A stretch of DNA of 64,000 bases from Nitrospirales bacterium (GTDB lineage: Bacteria > Nitrospirota > Nitrospiria > Nitrospirales > UBA8639). This document shows, one piece after another, positions 59,601 to 64,000 of this stretch (positions are counted from its first letter, which is position 1; each line of letters opens with the position of its first letter). A program made the translations under genes and the position numbers. The notes beneath the pieces are model-generated. The model did no database searches. It was given only the letters and a program-made list of their open reading frames with translations, and had not been told where the DNA came from. The DNA is taken from the NCBI GenBank assembly GCA_965203295.1, contig CBDBCZ010000013.1, positions 576,001 through 640,000 of the forward strand, in the 5' to 3' direction.

Positions 59601-62292
59601 AATCCCAAAAGTCAGCATCATGTATGTACTACAAATATTTGCAGCATGAGAATTTAAAAAAAAAGGAAAATAACCAGCGAAAGACTCATGGTGCTAATTT
59701 GATGAATTTAAAACCATTGCACATTATCCACCCCCCAAATTAAAATCCACAGCCCTAAGAATAGTAGCTATCTCAGGTACAAGATTACTGCTATCTAGGA
59801 ATCTTCTCTTCTCACCTGCAAATATCATTCACAGACCCGCGCCAATTTCAAGTTTTATAGTTTGAGAGACTACAAAAATCAATTATGTGGAGAGTACATA
59901 GAGTCTAATGGTGCTCCCCCCCCTTAAGTGGTGCCTAATTCAAGTGGCAACACACAAAGTATCGAAGCTCTGTCATTTACTACAAATACATGCATGCATG
60001 CAGATGCATGAGAATTTAGGAAATGAAAATAGCGTGCGAAAGACACATGGTGCTAATGCAATAAAATGCGGCAATTTAAGCACCATTGCGCATTTTCCAT
60101 TAAGCAAGTGAAAATTCCAAGCCATAAGACATCTCAACAATAGTAGCTATCTCTGGTATGAGATGGGAAAATTTGCTAGCAAGGAATCTTCTCTTCTTAC
60201 CTGTAAAGCTCTCCTAAAAGACCCGCAGCAATTTCAAACTGCAGTGCACCAGTCCTGTGAGGAACACCGTACACCTGCACAGGTGGAAATTATCGCTTAA
60301 GCATAGATTTTAGGAGTATTATAGCATTATTACTATGACCAGCTAAGAACTATATAAATGTATTTATAGTTAGGACGACTATGAAAAATCAATTGTTATA
60401 TTTACCGTACAAATTCTAATTTTTCGCCCTCTAATTATTTGGCACACCCCAGTTTTCCACAATTTATTTCTTCCAACAAATTTGTGGGCCCTTTTTGAAA
60501 TATTTTTCTAATATTTGCCAGCTGCTACATGCTAGCAGTATTACTTATGAGTACGTCAGCAGGAATGCCCATGAGTGTGACTAGCTGATACAGAAAGCCG
60601 CACCAAGGACAAGGAGGCGGCCCAACTTACCTGTGCACACGCTGTTTCTTATGAAGACTAGCGTGTGTACATAAGCTTATAGCCAAGATCTTTGTCTGCT
60701 GTGTGCGCGCACGTTTGTTGATATGCTATCACTGCTGAGCACTGTAGTCTGCAGAAGTAGCAAAAGTGGAAGAGAGCATGAAGAGTTCCTGGCCCGTGTA
60801 ATAGAAGTGCCTGCCGTGTTGTCTATTGAATGTTTTACAATGCTCAGACATGCTGTCAGTATTTCAGACTAATCTTCTATTTATTCGCCACCGCTCATAA
60901 AAAAGTCCTTTCAATCAATTCGTCAACCCAAAATGAGATTATTTCATTTGAACGAATAATTAGAATTTACATGGTATGCACTCTTGGGAAAGTACGTACA
61001 GTCTTAGGGTGCTCTCCCCCCTTCAGTGGTGCCTCTTAGGAGAGATCAAGTTGCAATGCACAAAGGGTTATCTAAGATCTGTGCTATCTACTACAAATAT
61101 GTGCACGCATGGAGATGGAATACCCAGCAAAAGACCATGTTGCTAATTTAAACACATGCACACTTTCCATTTGGCAAGTGAATCCACAGCGATAAGCAAT
61201 CTCCACAATAGTAGCTATCTCCCGTACAAGATTTGTTAGTGAGGAATCTTCTCCTCTCCCCTACTAATCTCACCAAAGTCCCGAGGGTACTGTTCCTATA
61301 TGAAACACCATTTGTGCACCTGGGAAGGTAGATGTTATTACTCATGCACAGATATTAGGAGTTGTACAGCCTTATTACATACTAATGGCATGCACAATGC
61401 AAGATATCTACACTCCCAAGTGTAGGTACGGGTAAAGATTTAGAAACGTACACTCCCAAGTAGCTAATTGTAATTCTACTCAACACATGTTGCCTTCACA
61501 TTTAAACTAACCTTCCTTCCGTGATACATGGACCATTTGGAGAAAAAACAATCACAGACAGTCAGTGCAGTATCATCCGCAAGTTTCGCAGTAATAATTA
61601 TCAAGTTAATTATGTTAACCCTTCTAGTGCGGTATTAGCTTAGGACTGCAGACTGCCTCCTAGAGATTTGCTGCTGCGTGGCCAAGTGAAGGAGCCAGGC
61701 CGCGGTAGTGTAGTGTTCTTGAGAGAGTGAAAGTGTCAGAAGTCACAGCAAGTGCAGAGCGCGAAAGAAGCAGCCGCGTTTTGCAAGGAGGACGCGTGGT
61801 GCTTATGTCGGGTACTTACCGCATTTCGTATACGTATAATACCTCTGTGAGCTGATGAATAATTTAACAGGTGAGCTGATGAGTAATTTAATAGGTCACG
61901 TGTCGAGCCACGCCCCCTAGGAGGTGCATGTACATGCAGTCACCGCTCGTACAATACGTTTGCGAACAGGAACACCGATAATGATAGTTCGTGTTTTTTC
62001 CCTATAAAACAAAACAATACCAACGGATACACAAATAGCGATAAGCTAATATTAAGTGCACCCAAAACAGAATGTAACAATAAATTATAAGTGCAAGCAA
62101 TAAATCATAGTAGGTCTGGTAAATACTTTAAGAGAATCCCTGCTTAGAATTTGTCCTGATCCTTGATCATCTCCTAAAACTTACCGTAGCTATGTGCATG
62201 ATTGCTTGACTCCATTTTGATGTACAGCTTGTTACATGTAACCATTTACAAAATTATATATAGCTACACATATGTACAGCTTGTTATAAGGC

Positions 62293-62333
62293 TTAGGGTT
62301 AGGGCTAAGGGCTGGGTTAGGATCAGGGTAGGG
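62293..62333 (+). repeat. Short degenerate TTAGGG-like tract
   Basis: ttagggttagggctaagggctgggttaggatcagggtaggg. Confidence 0.55.
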
Positions 62334-62439
62334 CCTATATAATTATAACCATTGGGTTTAGAACTAGCTGCGTTGCTGAGTGCATTGACCTTTAATGCAG
62401 CCAAGTGTATTAGTGTGTGTTAATCTGTCAAAAAAGGAA

Positions 62440-62985
62440 ACGGAACCACTGTATACCGGTCAGCCTCTTTCCGTTAATGGATCGATACTGGAGGCAGTTC
62501 CAACTTTCAAGTACCTTGGTGTCCTATTAGCTATCCTCAATTTCATCAAGGAGTCACCATGGTGTAGCTATATAGTAAGGCACAGAAAAGTCTTGGTCTC
62601 CTGTACAGACGTTACCACCAACTTTAGCTACTTCAGCTATAATAGTGTCACTTAAGGTTCGAACTCATATGGAATATGCAGCACCTGTCCGGGACCCTCA
62701 TCTACTGTAAGACAAAACTGCATTTGAATATGTACAGGAGTTTGCTCTCAGGATGTTTTCAAGACATTGGGATATGGGCTATTACGAGCTTCTATGTTCA
62801 ATAGCTATTCCCCTTGGAAAATTGTTGCCTGTACGTAAAGCTTTGCCATTATTTGCTTGTTAGCAATTTCCTTCTCAATATCGTAGTCTCAAGTCACACT
62901 TTACTTGATCCTTCATTCTTCAGCAACCCCGTTTTGCTAAGACTAGCTAGCACTTTCTATTTTTCATTCATCCCTGAATAAGAAG
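62440..62985 (+). pseudogene. Decayed CR1-group (CR1/L2/Daphne-like) non-LTR retrotransposon, 3' part of ORF2
   Basis: PLSVNGSILEAVPTFKYLGV and, from 62657, VRTHMEYAAPVRDPHLL*DKTAFEYVQEFALRMFSRHWDMGYYELL. Matches the KYLG and VRPHLEYAxxVWDP...LExVQxFALR motifs; contains stops and frameshifts. Confidence 0.8.
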
Positions 62986-64000
62986 GCGGAATTACATGTA
63001 TTTACCTAAAGACGTGCTCCTGACCTTTCCATTCCAACAAAGGATAACCAGTTAGCCTCACATACTAAGGAAGTGTGCTATTTTGTTTTATCCCAAGAAT
63101 CAAGTGATCAGGGATGATTTTTAGGGAACGGAATTTTTGATCCCATTTATAAATATTTCTGCATACTCTGAGGTTGCTTCTGATGGTACAAAAAATGAGT
63201 TACTATTAAACTGTTGGATCTATAAAAAAAATTCTGAATTTGGAGGATGGAGGGCAAAAACAGAGAAATTGAAGTTCATACTGATACAATATTTTGTGCA
63301 GTATTATATGAAATGACAAGTATGTGTGAGGTAAAATGTGCGGGAGTTCAAGTCATTATGATTAAAACTTCACTTGAATTGTTGTGTGATAGTGCAAAAT
63401 GGGGTGATAGCCATGGTACGTGGTGGTTCCATTCTGCTCATCTCGGATGACCCTAACCTCTAGATCTTCATCCTTGAGGACACTCCTAGAGGTGCTTTGC
63501 TGTGGTACTGAAGCAACCAGACCTGAAAACAAATTTCACATTAATTGGAATTGCATTAAAGTCTATAGCTATAAACAGACTACAATAGCTAGCTACATTA
63601 ATAATTGAAGACTAACCAGTTTTTGTAACGCTCAAATTTTGCCAAGTTTGCCTCAGGCCCAGACCTGTGGAAACAACATCGGTGATGATTATTTATGTAC
63701 AAATTAAGATTGTGGTACTTTTATTAATCACCATGCCAGAAAATGATTTGGCTAGTGGATTTAGACATATTATTGCAGCTCTCTTTGAGTGCCATGCATC
63801 TGACTGCGATCTCAACCAGTGTAAGTTTCCTGGAGTAATTGCTACCCTGTGGACATCCTCAGGCATCCCTTTTTAATATTCTCACTATCTGCATGAAAGA
63901 ATAGCTACTTTATTAATATATTATCTTCTCAAGATTTAAGGAAAGCTGTGTAGCAATTAATGAACATGATGATCGATATATTTAGTGTGTTCGCTCTAGT

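Larger units (their letters stand above)
22799..61845. mobile_element. 39-kb foldback-type non-autonomous DNA element with kb-scale TIRs and internal satellite
   Basis: Left end GAGGTATTAAAGGTATGCGAAATGCGGTAAGTACC is the near reverse complement of right end GGTACTTACCGCATTTCGTATACGTATAATACCTC. TGTGAGC lies directly outside both ends (22792-22798, 61846-61852). Mirrored ORFs, e.g. 23594-23803(-) = 60830-61039(+). No transposase seen. Confidence 0.85.
58655..61845 (-). repeat. Right terminal inverted arm
   Basis: Mirror of the left arm. Lacks the counterpart of about 24779-25255 and has about 290 bp extra at about 58715-59005. Confidence 0.9.

Noticed and set aside
22799..61845. Giant palindrome as a sequencing or assembly chimera
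   Set aside because: The arms differ by substitutions and reciprocal indels, the arrays have different HOR order, and a 7-bp direct repeat flanks the exact ends. Not fully excluded without reads.
62293..62333. True telomere or chromosome end
   Set aside because: Only two perfect TTAGGG units, internal and degenerate.

Overview
Eukaryotic, intron-containing animal DNA. A demosponge origin is inferred from the NLR type and MITE families but is not proven. There are three main parts. (1) A 3-exon NLR immune-receptor gene (+; exons 9617-9989, 10210-10506, 10861-14942; about 1583 aa). It encodes a 119-aa hydrophobic leader ending in a canonical 2A/StopGo ribosome-skipping motif (LLIMSGDVEENPG|P), then a DEATH domain, NACHT and about 28 RI-type LRRs. 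(2) A convergent 7-exon gene (-; 22539-17717; about 566 aa) encoding signal peptide + Kelch repeats + cytochrome b561. (3) A 39-kb non-coding foldback element (22799-61845) flanked by a perfect 7-bp direct repeat (TGTGAGC). It has roughly 3-kb inverted terminal arms and two oppositely oriented satellite arrays that meet at a spacerless palindromic junction (48729). The satellite has a higher-order structure (A about 543 bp, B about 710 bp). The B unit carries an amplified 3' fragment of a Penelope-like retroelement (end of the GIY-YIG domain, 3' UTR and half a hammerhead motif), and the matching 5' GIY-YIG half sits in both terminal arms. The rest is intergenic DNA with MITEs, small duplications and a decayed CR1-group LINE fragment. 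Everything was read by eye; no searches or alignments were run.
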